DNA of 64,000 nt from Candidatus Methanosuratincola verstraetei (GCA_049570475.1 CP186953.1:1280001-1344000), one strand, 5' to 3'. Positions 26,741-36,942 are shown, counted from the first letter of the stretch. Numbers and translations are program-made. The notes: generated by a model not told the origin, from the sequence alone.

Positions 26741-28066
26741 GTGGTCCAAATAAGCCGTCTTAGAACCCGAACACTGACATTTTTCCTTTTTCTGTTTATC
26801 CTAGGCGCTCTTTCTGCAAGCACGGTCTCTGCTGCGCCGAAGGTGCTCCAGGTGCCTATAACGGGGACAATTACAATGGCGCATGCTGATGCTTTCGCTG
26901 ATGCGCTAGAGGTTGCATCCAGGGAGGGGTATAGCGCAGTGCTGGTTGTGATATCGACCCCTGGTGGTAGCGTTGACGCAATGCTGAGGATAATTGAGCG
27001 CATAGACAACTCGCCGGTCCCAGTTGTCGCATATGTTTACCCTGCGGGGACGACTGCCTGGTCAGCTGGCACCTACATCCTGATGGCTTCCCATGTCGCA
27101 GCGATGGCCCCGAACACGGTAATCGGGTCTTGCCAACCGATTTCATATTCGCCTCTGGGCAGCGCCCCTGTCGAGGATGACAAGATCATAAACGCATTGG
27201 TCGCCGTGATGTCGACCCACGCCGAGTCCAGGAACAGGAACCTGACTCTCGCCCGGGATTTTGTCGTAAAGAACGCCAATGTTGACGACATCGAGGCATA
27301 CGAATATGGCGCAATAGAGTACCGAGCGGATAGCGTAGCCAGGCTACTCGAGGCGATTGACGGGAGGGCAGTCCTGTTGGCATCCGGCGTGGTTACCTTA
27401 AACACCCGCGGGGCTGCAGTGGATGTCTATTCGATGCGGCCTAGGGAGGCGATACTCAACGCAATTTCCGACCCGACAGTCTCGAGCATCCTCTTCCTCG
27501 TGGGGCTGTTCGCGCTGATATACGGCTTCTCTGCCCCAGGTCATGGGGGCGAGATACTTGGCGGAATAGCAATCCTCCTTGCCCTCATCGGGATGGGCTT
27601 CGACATCAATGTTGTATCCGCGGTGATGATGGTCATCGGGGCGATACTACTGATATACGAGCTCGCAACCCCGGGATTCGGCATTTTTGGAATCAGCGGG
27701 GTGGTGATACTTACATTCGGCGCATTATTCCTTGTGCCATTCAGCCCAGAGAAATGGGCGGTCTCAGGTGATTGGTATTCCACGTTCACTTACATGATCG
27801 TCGCCGTAGGGATCTGCGTCGCCGCGCTCTTCCTCTTTGCAGCGATAAAGGTCTTGCAAGTCAGGCGCAGGCCGCCGATCGTCGGGACCATGATAGGCGA
27901 TATTGTCATACCCACTGAGAACGCACGTCCGGGTGAAGTGATCTTTGTGGTTTACAGAGGCGAATACTGGCAGGCTAAATCCGCCGAAGGGATAGTTGCG
28001 GGCAAAAAGTACAGGATATCGGGGAAGGAAGGGGTCGTGCTAGTCCTCGAAGAGTCCCGTCCTTGA
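26741..28066 (+). CDS. nfeD: NfeD/STOPP membrane serine protease
   Basis: STPGG, AWSAGTYI, TM bundle, C-terminal GEYWQA OB fold. Confidence 0.92.
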   Translation: MVQISRLRTRTLTFFLFLFILGALSASTVSAAPKVLQVPITGTITMAHADAFADALEVASREGYSAVLVVISTPGGSVDAMLRIIERIDNSPVPVVAYVYPAGTTAWSAGTYILMASHVAAMAPNTVIGSCQPISYSPLGSAPVEDDKIINALVAVMSTHAESRNRNLTLARDFVVKNANVDDIEAYEYGAIEYRADSVARLLEAIDGRAVLLASGVVTLNTRGAAVDVYSMRPREAILNAISDPTVSSILFLVGLFALIYGFSAPGHGGEILGGIAILLALIGMGFDINVVSAVMMVIGAILLIYELATPGFGIFGISGVVILTFGALFLVPFSPEKWAVSGDWYSTFTYMIVAVGICVAALFLFAAIKVLQVRRRPPIVGTMIGDIVIPTENARPGEVIFVVYRGEYWQAKSAEGIVAGKKYRISGKEGVVLVLEESRP

Positions 28067-28142
28067 CGCCCTTCCTCACCTCCATCGCCACGATCTTGCC
28101 CACCTTTCACGAGCTACGCCTCCGACAGGGTTAAAAAATCGG

Positions 28143-28922
28143 ATGGGGCTAATAGATCAGGGATGCTTTTTGAAGCCAAATGAAGTCTCAATATATGAGC
28201 TTGAGAGGATTGATGGAGAGAATTTATCACTGCTGTGCGGCCTCCCAGATGTCGGGCTAGTAGGGATCATCTCAGTCTCGCACATAATCAAGGAACTTGG
28301 CATGAAGGAGGTGGGGTATATCGATTCAGAGCTCTTCCCCCCGCTTGTCGTCTTCCACCAGGGTGAGCCGACTTACCCTATCAGGCTATTCCGGAAGGAG
28401 AATCTGTTGGCAGTATTCTCGGAGACCGCCCTCCCGCCGGAATCGCTTTACCCCCTCACCCGGCTCATTGTGGGCTGGTCCAAGGAGAAGAATGTTTCAA
28501 TGGTCGTCTCGCTGGGCGGGATCGGCGTTCCAAACCGGATAGACATCGACGAGCCTAAAGTTTACGGCGCTTCCTCGTCCCAGAAGCTGAGGGATCTGAT
28601 ACTGCAGAACGGGATTAGCCTGATGGAGGAGGGATTCTTGGTGGGGCCTTACGGCCTGATAGCCAAGCACTCCAAGTCCCTGGGCGTCCAGAACTTGATA
28701 CTCCTTGCAGAATCCTTCCCGAACTACCCTGACCCAGGTGCAGCTGCAAGCGCATTAGAGGCACTGAAGAAATTCGTGCCGATCTCTGTGGACATAAAGT
28801 CTCTGAAAGATCGTTCTGACGAGATACGGATGAATGCGAGGGAGCTCATGCGCAAGACCGCGGAGAATATGCAGAGGATGGGCAAGTCCCAGGAATATGA
28901 GCTGCCGCTCATGTATGTGTAG
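28143..28922 (+). CDS. Proteasome assembly chaperone family (PAC2/Pba) protein with C-terminal HbYX motif
   Basis: GLPDVGLVG, PDPGAAA, ends LMYV. Confidence 0.85.
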   Translation: MGLIDQGCFLKPNEVSIYELERIDGENLSLLCGLPDVGLVGIISVSHIIKELGMKEVGYIDSELFPPLVVFHQGEPTYPIRLFRKENLLAVFSETALPPESLYPLTRLIVGWSKEKNVSMVVSLGGIGVPNRIDIDEPKVYGASSSQKLRDLILQNGISLMEEGFLVGPYGLIAKHSKSLGVQNLILLAESFPNYPDPGAAASALEALKKFVPISVDIKSLKDRSDEIRMNARELMRKTAENMQRMGKSQEYELPLMYV

Positions 28923-28934
28923 GGGTGCATAGAG

Positions 28935-29312
28935 ATGTTCCCTGCAGATTATTTCGACATCCAGGCGCGTCTTCGCGGATACATGGAGGGTTGCCTCGAA
29001 CCCCTGACTGAGATACAGGAAACCGACAACGAGCTGATAGTGAGGGTAGACATGCCCTGTGTCAGGAGCAAGGACGAGATCACCGTCAATGTGACTGAGG
29101 ATACGGTAAGCATAGAGGCGAAGATGGAGAAGGCGGTCCAGTACGAGCGGTGGGGGACGTTCCAGAGGGGCGTGCGGTTCTTCAAGTACTCGAAGACCTT
29201 CACGCTGCCCACAAAAATAGATCCTGAGCGAGCCAAGGCCAGGTTCGTCAAGAACGTCCTGGAGCTGCGCCTTCCAAAGAAGGGAAAGGTCTTCAAAATA
29301 GAGATCCAGTAG
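28935..29312 (+). CDS. Small heat shock protein (Hsp20)
   Basis: EPLTEIQET, VDMP, FTLPTKIDP, ARFVKNVLELRLPK. Confidence 0.88.
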   Translation: MFPADYFDIQARLRGYMEGCLEPLTEIQETDNELIVRVDMPCVRSKDEITVNVTEDTVSIEAKMEKAVQYERWGTFQRGVRFFKYSKTFTLPTKIDPERAKARFVKNVLELRLPKKGKVFKIEIQ

Positions 29313-29317
29313 GCGCC

Positions 29318-30430
29318 TCAAAAGAGGCTGTCCAGGCGTTTCATTGCGCACTTTATTATCTCAATGCTGTCGTAGAACTCCTCAATAGAGACGTTCTCCA
29401 TTGGCGTATGATCCAGCTTGGAGTTTCCTGGCCCATACACCACGGAGTGCGTGCCTGATGCCCTTACGAAGTCATTGACATCACTCGTGCCGCTCTTCCT
29501 GAGGATCTTGCCCTCCCTCCTGCCCACTTCCCTAATCGCCTCGAGGAAGAAAAGGACAAGCGGCGATCCAGGATCCTCCTCGAATGGCTCGTTCTCATCC
29601 TTGAACTCTACAGATATCTCCGCCTTCTCTCTCCCCTTCTTGAAATCTTCCAGGAGCTGCTGGACCCTTTCCTTGAGCATCTTGGAGGACATGCCTGGCG
29701 GGATCCGGACGTCTGCAGTGACCTCGCATATGCCCGGGACGGTGTTGTCCTGCGTCCCTCCGCGGAAGAGCGTAACGCACAGGGAAGGCGACTTGAAAAG
29801 GTCCTCCCCTCCGCCCTCCCATTCCTCGTCAAGACCCCTCAGCTTGCCCACGAGGTCTGCTCCTATGTAAATTGCATTCTCAAAGAACCTCGGGGCACTT
29901 GCGTGCCCAGGAGAGGTCCGGATGGTGACGGTGAAGACGAGCCTCCCTTTGTATCCGACTGTCACCCCGTAAGCGCTGCTCGGCTCCCCGAAAATAGCAA
30001 AATCGAACTCTTCATCGAGATTGGAGATGAAATGCCTCATCCCCCTGCTCTTCCCCTCCTCGTCCACTACTGCGAGCACAACCACCGTCCCTTTGCCGCC
30101 TTCCTCCACATAGCGCTTTCCTGCGCATATGAGGGCTGCCAAGGGTGACTTTGCGTCGACCGCCCCCCTGCCGAATACCACCTTGCCCCTCCTCTTGACC
30201 TCCAAGAATCCTTCCACAGTGTCCATATGCCCGCAAAGTAGGAACTTCGGCCTCCCGGACCCTATCCTGCCTTCTACATTCCCTACGCTGTCGATCTTCA
30301 CCCTGTAGCCTAGCCTCCCCATCTCCTCGGCTAGGAACCTGCCGATCTCCCCTTCCTGGCCGCTCGGGCTGTAGATCTCGAGCATCCGAAGGAGGAGCCT
30401 CTCTGGGTATCCTTCCTCCATCTCAGGCAC
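29318..30430 (-). CDS. lysK: [LysW]-lysine/ornithine hydrolase (M20)
   Basis: GHMDTV, GRGAVDAK, DEEG, GEPS, YGPGNSKLDH. Confidence 0.88.
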   Translation of the reverse strand: MPEMEEGYPERLLLRMLEIYSPSGQEGEIGRFLAEEMGRLGYRVKIDSVGNVEGRIGSGRPKFLLCGHMDTVEGFLEVKRRGKVVFGRGAVDAKSPLAALICAGKRYVEEGGKGTVVVLAVVDEEGKSRGMRHFISNLDEEFDFAIFGEPSSAYGVTVGYKGRLVFTVTIRTSPGHASAPRFFENAIYIGADLVGKLRGLDEEWEGGGEDLFKSPSLCVTLFRGGTQDNTVPGICEVTADVRIPPGMSSKMLKERVQQLLEDFKKGREKAEISVEFKDENEPFEEDPGSPLVLFFLEAIREVGRREGKILRKSGTSDVNDFVRASGTHSVVYGPGNSKLDHTPMENVSIEEFYDSIEIIKCAMKRLDSLF

Positions 30431-31598
30431 CCTTTCTCTTCTTCTCTTCCTCCATCACCGCATTGCCCACCGTCTCGACCACGGTCTTGGCTTCCTCCTT
30501 GCTCAAGACAAGCGGAGGTAGGAGCCTCAGGACGGTCTTTCCTGCCTCGAGGCAGATTACCCCTCCATCAAGGCAGCGCAGTATCATTCCCATGGTCTCG
30601 AACCGCATATCGACCCCAATCATCAGCCCTAGCCCTCTCACCTCCCTGACCATGGGGCTCCCAATGCTGGAGAGGCCTCTCTTCAGCTCCTCCCCCACAT
30701 CCCTTGCGTTCTCGACGAGCCCCTCTTCCATGAGTGCGTCAACCGCTGCTGCACAGGCTGCGCAGGCAAGAGGATTGCCTCCGAACGTGTTTGAATGTTC
30801 GCCCCTCTTGAGCGATGCCATTACGTCTTCCCTTGCGAATGTCGCGGCTATGGGTACGCCGCCCCCCAGCGCCTTGCTGGAGCAGAGTACGTCTGGCTTG
30901 ACCCCAAAGTGCTGGTGCGCCCAGATCTTCCCGGTCCTCCCGAATCCGCTCTGCACCTCGTCGAGTACAAGGAGGACTCCCTTCTCATCGCATATCTCCC
31001 TCAGCTCCTTGAGGTACTCCTTGGGCGGCACGTTGATGCCGCCCTCGCCTTGGACTGGCTCGACGAAGACGGCTGCAGTATCCTGATCGATGAGGTCCCT
31101 CACCTTCTCGGCTTTCCCGTACGGGGCAAACTTCACGCCATCCAAAAGCGGCATGAACGGCTCCCTGTACTTCGATGCCCAGGTGAGTGAGAGCGCGCCC
31201 ATAGTCTTCCCATGGTATGCATTGACTGCAGCAATGAATCCCTTCTTCCTGGTGAACTTCCTTGAGAGCTTTATGGCTGTCTCTACCGCCTCGGCCCCGG
31301 TGCTAGAGAGGAAAACCCTCTCCGTACCCTCCGGCCTTATCTTGTAGAGCTTTGAGAGGCACTCCTCCCTGGCATCATTGTAAAATGATCCATGGCAGGT
31401 CAGGAGCCGAGACGCCTGCCTGTTGATCGCCTCGACAACCTTAGGGTGGCAGTGACCGAGGAGGGCAACTCCGTATCCGCAGCTGCAGTCTATGTACTCC
31501 TTCCCGTTGCTGTCCCAAACCCTGGCCCCCTTGCCCCTGACAAGCTGGACAGGCCTCTTCCAGAATGTATCCGCAAGGAATGTGTCTTCGAAGTTCAT
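30423..31598 (-). CDS. lysJ: [LysW]-aminoadipate semialdehyde aminotransferase
   Basis: GAEAVE, EPVQGEGG, DEVQSGFGRTG, SKALGGG. Confidence 0.9.
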   Translation of the reverse strand: MNFEDTFLADTFWKRPVQLVRGKGARVWDSNGKEYIDCSCGYGVALLGHCHPKVVEAINRQASRLLTCHGSFYNDAREECLSKLYKIRPEGTERVFLSSTGAEAVETAIKLSRKFTRKKGFIAAVNAYHGKTMGALSLTWASKYREPFMPLLDGVKFAPYGKAEKVRDLIDQDTAAVFVEPVQGEGGINVPPKEYLKELREICDEKGVLLVLDEVQSGFGRTGKIWAHQHFGVKPDVLCSSKALGGGVPIAATFAREDVMASLKRGEHSNTFGGNPLACAACAAAVDALMEEGLVENARDVGEELKRGLSSIGSPMVREVRGLGLMIGVDMRFETMGMILRCLDGGVICLEAGKTVLRLLPPLVLSKEEAKTVVETVGNAVMEEEKKRKGA

Positions 31599-32416
31599 AG
31601 CGAGATCACTGTGCCTTTATTCCCTTCCAAGGCCGAGGAAATTGGTTTCTCGGCAAATCCTGAGGTTATTATTGCTCTCTTGACCCCGCCCTTCACCGCT
31701 TCCACCGCCGCATGGATCTTGGTGCTCATCCCTGGGCCTATCTTCTCGAGCAGCCCCTCGACTTCAAGGGCTGCGATCTTCCTGATCACTTTGCCCCCGT
31801 CCATTACGCCCTCGACATCGGTGAGGTATACCACCGCGTCGGCTTGGATGGACTTAGCTACGCTCGCTGTGGTCCTGTCTCCGTCGACATTCAGAGGCTC
31901 GAACTCGAGGCCCATTGCAAGAGGTGATATCACAGGGACATAGCCGCCGGAGAGAAGCGTCTCTATCAGCGCGCTGTTTACCGACGAGATCTTTCCGGTA
32001 TACCCTCCCTCGATAGCCCTCTTCCTCCCCTGCTCGTCGACTATGACGAGCCTCTTCTTCCTCTCAGCCCTGAGGAGCCCGCCGTCGAACCCGGATAGCC
32101 CGACAGCGTTGATCCCAAACTGCTGGAAGACGCCGACAATCTTGGTGTTTATCATGCCAGCCATGACCATTGCATAGATCTCTGCGGTCTCCCTGTCGGT
32201 GTACCTGCTCTTGAATCCCTCTGGCGAGACAACGAAGACCTGCTCCTTGCCCAGCCTCTTTGCGAACTCGGTGACTATGTCTCCCCCTCCATGGACGACT
32301 ACTAGCCCGCCTTGCTTGGCCAGCGAGCAGAGATCCTCGAGAAGGGGCTTGTTCAGCTCCTCGCCTTTTATCAGGTCCCCTCCGATCTTCACTGCGACCT
32401 TGCTGCTGGGGCTCAT
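31595..32416 (-). CDS. lysZ: [LysW]-aminoadipate kinase
   Basis: KIGG, VHGGG, SPEGFKSRYTD, LNVDGDR. Confidence 0.92.
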   Translation of the reverse strand: MSPSSKVAVKIGGDLIKGEELNKPLLEDLCSLAKQGGLVVVHGGGDIVTEFAKRLGKEQVFVVSPEGFKSRYTDRETAEIYAMVMAGMINTKIVGVFQQFGINAVGLSGFDGGLLRAERKKRLVIVDEQGRKRAIEGGYTGKISSVNSALIETLLSGGYVPVISPLAMGLEFEPLNVDGDRTTASVAKSIQADAVVYLTDVEGVMDGGKVIRKIAALEVEGLLEKIGPGMSTKIHAAVEAVKGGVKRAIITSGFAEKPISSALEGNKGTVISL

Positions 32417-33465
32417 ATTGGCCTCACCCCTGCTTGGTCGATGCCGGTCCGCTCGTCTATGCCTATCATGATGTTGAAGTTCTGGATCGCCTGCCCTGCC
32501 GCACCCTTGATCAGGTTGTCGATAGCCCCGAAGGTTATCATCCTGTTGGTGTGGGGGTCGATCTCGAAGCCAACATCGCAGAAGTTCGATCCCACCACAT
32601 TCTTGGGGTCCGGCAGCATGTGCAGACCGCGCAGGTCCTTGACTATCCTCACGAAGGGCTCGTTCTGGTACATCTCCCTGTATATCTTCCAGAGCTCCTG
32701 GTTAGTGACCTGCCTGGTTAGGAAAGAGTGCCCTGTCGCCATAATTCCCCTTACCATGTCCACTGCATGCGGGGTGAGGGCCACCTTCACCTCGCCGCCC
32801 GCCAAGGGAGCCAGCTCCTGCTCAATCTCTGCCGTATGCCTGTGCATCGATGGCTTGTAGGCTCTCACCAATCCCGAGTGCTCAGGGTGGTGGCTTGCGA
32901 TGCTCACGGAGGTCCCTGCACCTGAGGAGCCTATCTTGGCATCCACGACCACCCTGTTCTTCTCCACCGCCCCGGTCTTTATCGCCGGCGCGACGCTCAG
33001 TATGCTGGCAGTCGCTATGCACCCTGGGTTTGCGACCAGCTTAGCCCCCTTGATCTCCTCGCGGTGGAATTCTGGAAGGCCGTAGACAGCAAGGTCGAGG
33101 AGATCAGGGAACGGGTGCTCCCAGCCGTACCACTTTGGATAGTCTTCCTTCTTCAGCCTGAAGTCTGCGCTGAGGTCGATCACCCTCACGCCAGCCTCGA
33201 GCAGCCTCTTAGCCGCTGGGGCAGATGAGCCGTGTGGCAATGCAAGGAACACGAACTCGCACTCGGATGCGACCTTTTCAAGATCCGGCTCCACGAATTT
33301 CAAGTCAGTCTTCTTCCTGAGCTGGGGGTGCACCCTGAAGACAGGTTCGCCCGCATTCTCCCTCGATGTCGCGATCTTTATCTCGGCCTCCGGATGGTCG
33401 ACGAGCAGCCTGAGCAGCTCCCCTCCGGTGTAGCCTGAAGCCCCAACTATTCCTACCGTTCTCAT
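32413..33465 (-). CDS. lysY: [LysW]-aminoadipyl-phosphate reductase
   Basis: GASGYTGGELLR, ANPGCIAT, HRHTAEI, DNLIKGAAGQA. Confidence 0.92.
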   Translation of the reverse strand: MRTVGIVGASGYTGGELLRLLVDHPEAEIKIATSRENAGEPVFRVHPQLRKKTDLKFVEPDLEKVASECEFVFLALPHGSSAPAAKRLLEAGVRVIDLSADFRLKKEDYPKWYGWEHPFPDLLDLAVYGLPEFHREEIKGAKLVANPGCIATASILSVAPAIKTGAVEKNRVVVDAKIGSSGAGTSVSIASHHPEHSGLVRAYKPSMHRHTAEIEQELAPLAGGEVKVALTPHAVDMVRGIMATGHSFLTRQVTNQELWKIYREMYQNEPFVRIVKDLRGLHMLPDPKNVVGSNFCDVGFEIDPHTNRMITFGAIDNLIKGAAGQAIQNFNIMIGIDERTGIDQAGVRPI

Positions 33466-34316
33466 CTCTTAGCCTCCCTAAGTGCGTAATCCACAATCAT
33501 TCCGGGTATGTCGATACCTGTAGCCGGGACAGTGTTCTTAAACTCGACGGTGCTGTTTATCTCGTGCACGACTAGCCTCCCGTTGTCTTCCATCATGTCG
33601 ACGCCGAATACGCCTCCACCAACTGCCGCTGCGGCCTTGAGCGCGAGCTCCCTTATTTCCGGGGTGATCGGGCAGTTCTCGACCTTCCCGCCCCGGGCTG
33701 TGTTTGTCCTCCAGTCGTCCGTGTTGTTCACCCTGTATATCGCAACAGGGACGTCATCTCCTATCACAAAGACCCTGAGATCCCTTGGCGGCCTCTTCAC
33801 CATCTCTTGCGCATAGTATATCTGGTACAGGGGGAACATCATCTCCCGGTGTTCCAGCGCAACCATCGCCGCAGTCTTGTCCTTCAGGAGGGAGACCAGC
33901 CTCCCCCAGCTCCCCACGACCGGCTTTAGGATCGCGGGGTAGCCGAGCCTGTCAAGCGCCTCGATTGTGGCATCCGGAGTGAACGCCAAGTATGTCCTAG
34001 GAGTCGGTATCCCAGCCTTCTTGAAAGTGATGGTGTTAAGCACCTTGTTGCCGCAGAGCTCAGCGGTCTGGTACCTGTTTATCACCCTGACGCCGTAGCT
34101 CTCAAGGGCCGCAGTCGCGTGGAGCCCGCGGAAGTGGCTGACGCACCTCTGGAGAACGACGTCTCCAAGCCATGATGGCCTGTCCTTTGATGTGAGGTCG
34201 AAGTAGACCTTCTCAGCGCTTACTAGGCTGAAGTCTACCCCTTTCTTAACGCAAGCTTCGTGGAGCGCCTTTTCTTCCCAGCGCATGTGGTCGTATAGTA
34301 TGTTGATCTTAGCCAT
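33462..34316 (-). CDS. lysX: Alpha-aminoadipate-LysW ligase (ATP-grasp)
   Basis: RWEEKAL, QRCVSHFR, KPVVGSWGR, WRTNTARGG, EINSTVEFKN. Confidence 0.92.
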   Translation of the reverse strand: MAKINILYDHMRWEEKALHEACVKKGVDFSLVSAEKVYFDLTSKDRPSWLGDVVLQRCVSHFRGLHATAALESYGVRVINRYQTAELCGNKVLNTITFKKAGIPTPRTYLAFTPDATIEALDRLGYPAILKPVVGSWGRLVSLLKDKTAAMVALEHREMMFPLYQIYYAQEMVKRPPRDLRVFVIGDDVPVAIYRVNNTDDWRTNTARGGKVENCPITPEIRELALKAAAAVGGGVFGVDMMEDNGRLVVHEINSTVEFKNTVPATGIDIPGMIVDYALREAKR

Positions 34317-34341
34317 CTCTATCGTAACCTCAGACGAGTAG

Positions 34342-34430
34342 ATTCGAAAGGCGAAGTTATTTAAGCATTTCGATAATCTTTTTCCGTGAAGAAATTTCGT
34401 TTTTAGAACTTAATGATTCGAAAATCAAAC
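34342..34430 (-). promoter_or_regulatory. lysX promoter with three Lrp/LysM-type boxes
   Basis: TTCG-N5-CGAA-type repeats at 34342-34356, 34395-34409 and 34416-34430 around a minus-strand TTAAATAA. Confidence 0.6.
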
Positions 34431-34847
34431 CCATGATCGGAGTACTATCATCGAGTTTGTCTTCGTCAGCCCTTCTATCTTCCTTACCTCATCTATGTTC
34501 TTGTTGACCTCCTGCATTGAGGCTCCAGATATGAGTGCAACTATGTCTACCTCGCCAGCAACCTCCAGGACAAGGTCTACCCCTTCGATCTTCTTGATCT
34601 GCTGCGCCACGAGGGGATTTGGTCTAGAAGGCTGGACTGATACCAGTATTATCGCCTTGACCTTCTCGCCAGCCTCAACCTCTACTGTGAATCTCTTTAT
34701 CACGCCTTCTTGCTGGAGCCTCTCCACCCTCTTCCTGACGGCCGCCTCAGAGAGGCCCACCTCCTCTGCGATCTTCGTGAATGCCAGCCTGGAGTTCTCC
34801 TTCAGGAGGGCAAGTATCTTCTTGTCAACTTCGTCCGTCTGGTACAT
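34425..34847 (-). CDS. lysM: Lrp/AsnC regulator (LysM-like)
   Basis: DKKILALLKENSR, GLSEAAVRKRV, GVIKRFT; directly upstream of lysX. Confidence 0.8.
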   Translation of the reverse strand: MYQTDEVDKKILALLKENSRLAFTKIAEEVGLSEAAVRKRVERLQQEGVIKRFTVEVEAGEKVKAIILVSVQPSRPNPLVAQQIKKIEGVDLVLEVAGEVDIVALISGASMQEVNKNIDEVRKIEGLTKTNSMIVLRSWV

Positions 34848-35036
34848 CGTTTCCCCTTCCTTCTATCCCATTTTTGTTCCCATCGCTTGTCTTCGGGCTT
34901 GGGATGTCTTCAATATGTGCATCTCCAAATATCTCTTTTTTGATAAGGGATCCAGAGATGGATGGCGTTAATGAAACGGCAAAAAACAAATATACTTAAG
35001 ACAATAGATTCATCGGGCTACGCTGCCTGATTCTGT

Positions 35037-36515
35037 TTGGAGATGGACCTTTTGGAATACCCTAACGCGAGCGGCACAGCCGCCCACACTTGGAGCAGGA
35101 CCTCCACAATCGAGATCAGTATTGATCCTGCCCAGCTCGATCCCGTGGTCTCTTACGTAATGGGGATTCTGGAGCGGAATCCCTACCTGAGCCAGCTTAC
35201 AAAGTCGCCTGAGCCGAACGGCGTGCTGCTGCAGTACAGGCTCATTGCAAATGACGGGAGCATCCTTGACGTTGCTGCCAGGTTCACCCCTGAGAGGATA
35301 TGCTTGTTCTATGCCCCTTACCCGCCCGGCTCCGTTACCGAAAAGGATCTCCTCGGCCTTGACATGGAGTTCGAGACGATAGTGCGCAACTACTTCCAGG
35401 AACAGAGCAGTTCCTCCCTCTATCTCGTCTTCTCCCCTAAGATGAACATACTCCCAGGCGCAAAGGAAAGGGGCATCAAGAAAATACTCGCGTCTGTAGT
35501 CTTCGGGAATATGCTCTACCTGTTCATGATAATTCTCCTGTTTGGCATTGTGCTCTACCAGTTCTTTCTGGAGTACACTCCTCTCCTGCTGGTTGCAATG
35601 CAGTTCATTATAGTCTTCTTTGCAAACAGCCTGATTGCCGCCAGGGGGGAATTCGAGATCACCCCTGAGAACCACTCGATCCACATTGCAGAGCTCCGGA
35701 TGAAGCGGACGGAGTTCGACCAGGTGATGAAGATCTGCCTCCCAAGAATCTCTGAAATCAAGAAGAAGATTTATGATTCAACACTGGCAGTCGGAATGCC
35801 CCTCGACGAAAATGTCGTGGTCAGGGCGCTCAACGAATACGGCACTGTCTGTACCCCCCAGTTCGTCAGGATAAAGACCGTTAACGTCTACAATATGATC
35901 AGGGATCTCTCACGCCGCTTCGGGTTCCAAGAGCCCCGAACCACACTGCTGAATGTCCTGCCTCCCAATGCTGCCGCCACTGGAGTCTCGCCGAGGCGAG
36001 CCACCGTGCTCATAACAACAGGGCTAATAGCCACGATGGAGGAGCCTGAGATCAGGGCCGTTCTGGCTCACGAATTCAGCCACATCAAGGCAAGGGACCC
36101 CCTGGTGCTCCTCACCTTGGCGACGATTGAATACTTGACCCGCGTCTACCTGATGTGGCCCCTCCTGCTCCAATTCGGCCTCATAATCGACTTGGCATAT
36201 CTCTTCCTTTCATTCACACTGCTTTTCTTCGTGGCAAAGTTCTTGGAGGCCCGGGCCGATCTAGATGCTGCTGTTATTACCGGAGACCCGCGCCTCCTCG
36301 CCTCCTCGCTTAGGAAGCTGGGTCTCTGGAAGTACCAGTCGAGGGTTTTCGAGCTTGTGAATGCTGGGGAATGGTTGAAGTGGGATCCCCACCCGCCTCT
36401 GTACTACCGCATTAGGACACTCGAGTCTTTGGATCCTTCACGCGTGAGGCACACCTTCATCGAGGCAATCAAAGGGTGCCTCAAAGGATTCGTAAACTCG
36501 CTGAGGGGCAGGTGA
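35037..36515 (+). CDS. M48 (HtpX-like) membrane zinc protease with large N-terminal domain
   Basis: PNAAATG, AHEFSH, EARAD, HPP. Confidence 0.88.
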   Translation: MEMDLLEYPNASGTAAHTWSRTSTIEISIDPAQLDPVVSYVMGILERNPYLSQLTKSPEPNGVLLQYRLIANDGSILDVAARFTPERICLFYAPYPPGSVTEKDLLGLDMEFETIVRNYFQEQSSSSLYLVFSPKMNILPGAKERGIKKILASVVFGNMLYLFMIILLFGIVLYQFFLEYTPLLLVAMQFIIVFFANSLIAARGEFEITPENHSIHIAELRMKRTEFDQVMKICLPRISEIKKKIYDSTLAVGMPLDENVVVRALNEYGTVCTPQFVRIKTVNVYNMIRDLSRRFGFQEPRTTLLNVLPPNAAATGVSPRRATVLITTGLIATMEEPEIRAVLAHEFSHIKARDPLVLLTLATIEYLTRVYLMWPLLLQFGLIIDLAYLFLSFTLLFFVAKFLEARADLDAAVITGDPRLLASSLRKLGLWKYQSRVFELVNAGEWLKWDPHPPLYYRIRTLESLDPSRVRHTFIEAIKGCLKGFVNSLRGR

Positions 36516-36524
36516 ACATAAGCG

Positions 36525-36548
36525 GCGTAGGGCGGGGCTGCCCTATGC
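36525..36548. terminator. Hairpin between convergent genes
   Basis: GCGTAGGGC / GCCCTATGC 9-bp stem including one G-U pair. Confidence 0.4.
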
Positions 36549-36889
36549 TATCTTTCTAAAACTCTAGCTTTCCTTTTCAAAGAGATGTATGCCGTGGCGG
36601 AAACGATAAGGCCCATAGACACCACCACGATAGGGCCGAGTAAAGGCGCAGCGGGAGAATCAGGTATCGCCTCGGATATCCTGTCGTTATAAGCCCTTGC
36701 GTAATTCTCAGTGACATTGATTTCAGACCCGTTCTTTGGCTGCGATGTTTGCAGATCCAAAGAACCATGCCCGCTCATGGGTCCGTTGTTGACAACACTA
36801 AGGGCAAACAGCGGCGCATAAACTACGGCAAACCCTAGCAATACCGCTGCGATCACAATTGGGGTCGTCCTCAAACCAAACACTACCAC
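36548..36889 (-). CDS. Hypothetical membrane protein (2 TM)
   Basis: Hydrophobic N- and C-terminal segments, N-x-S/T sequons in the loop, basic tail. Confidence 0.6.
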   Translation of the reverse strand: MVVFGLRTTPIVIAAVLLGFAVVYAPLFALSVVNNGPMSGHGSLDLQTSQPKNGSEINVTENYARAYNDRISEAIPDSPAAPLLGPIVVVSMGLIVSATAYISLKRKARVLER

Positions 36890-36942
36890 TAAATTCCCAC
36901 CCCGGTGATTTAATTCTATTTTTTAGAACAATGGTGGCATAT

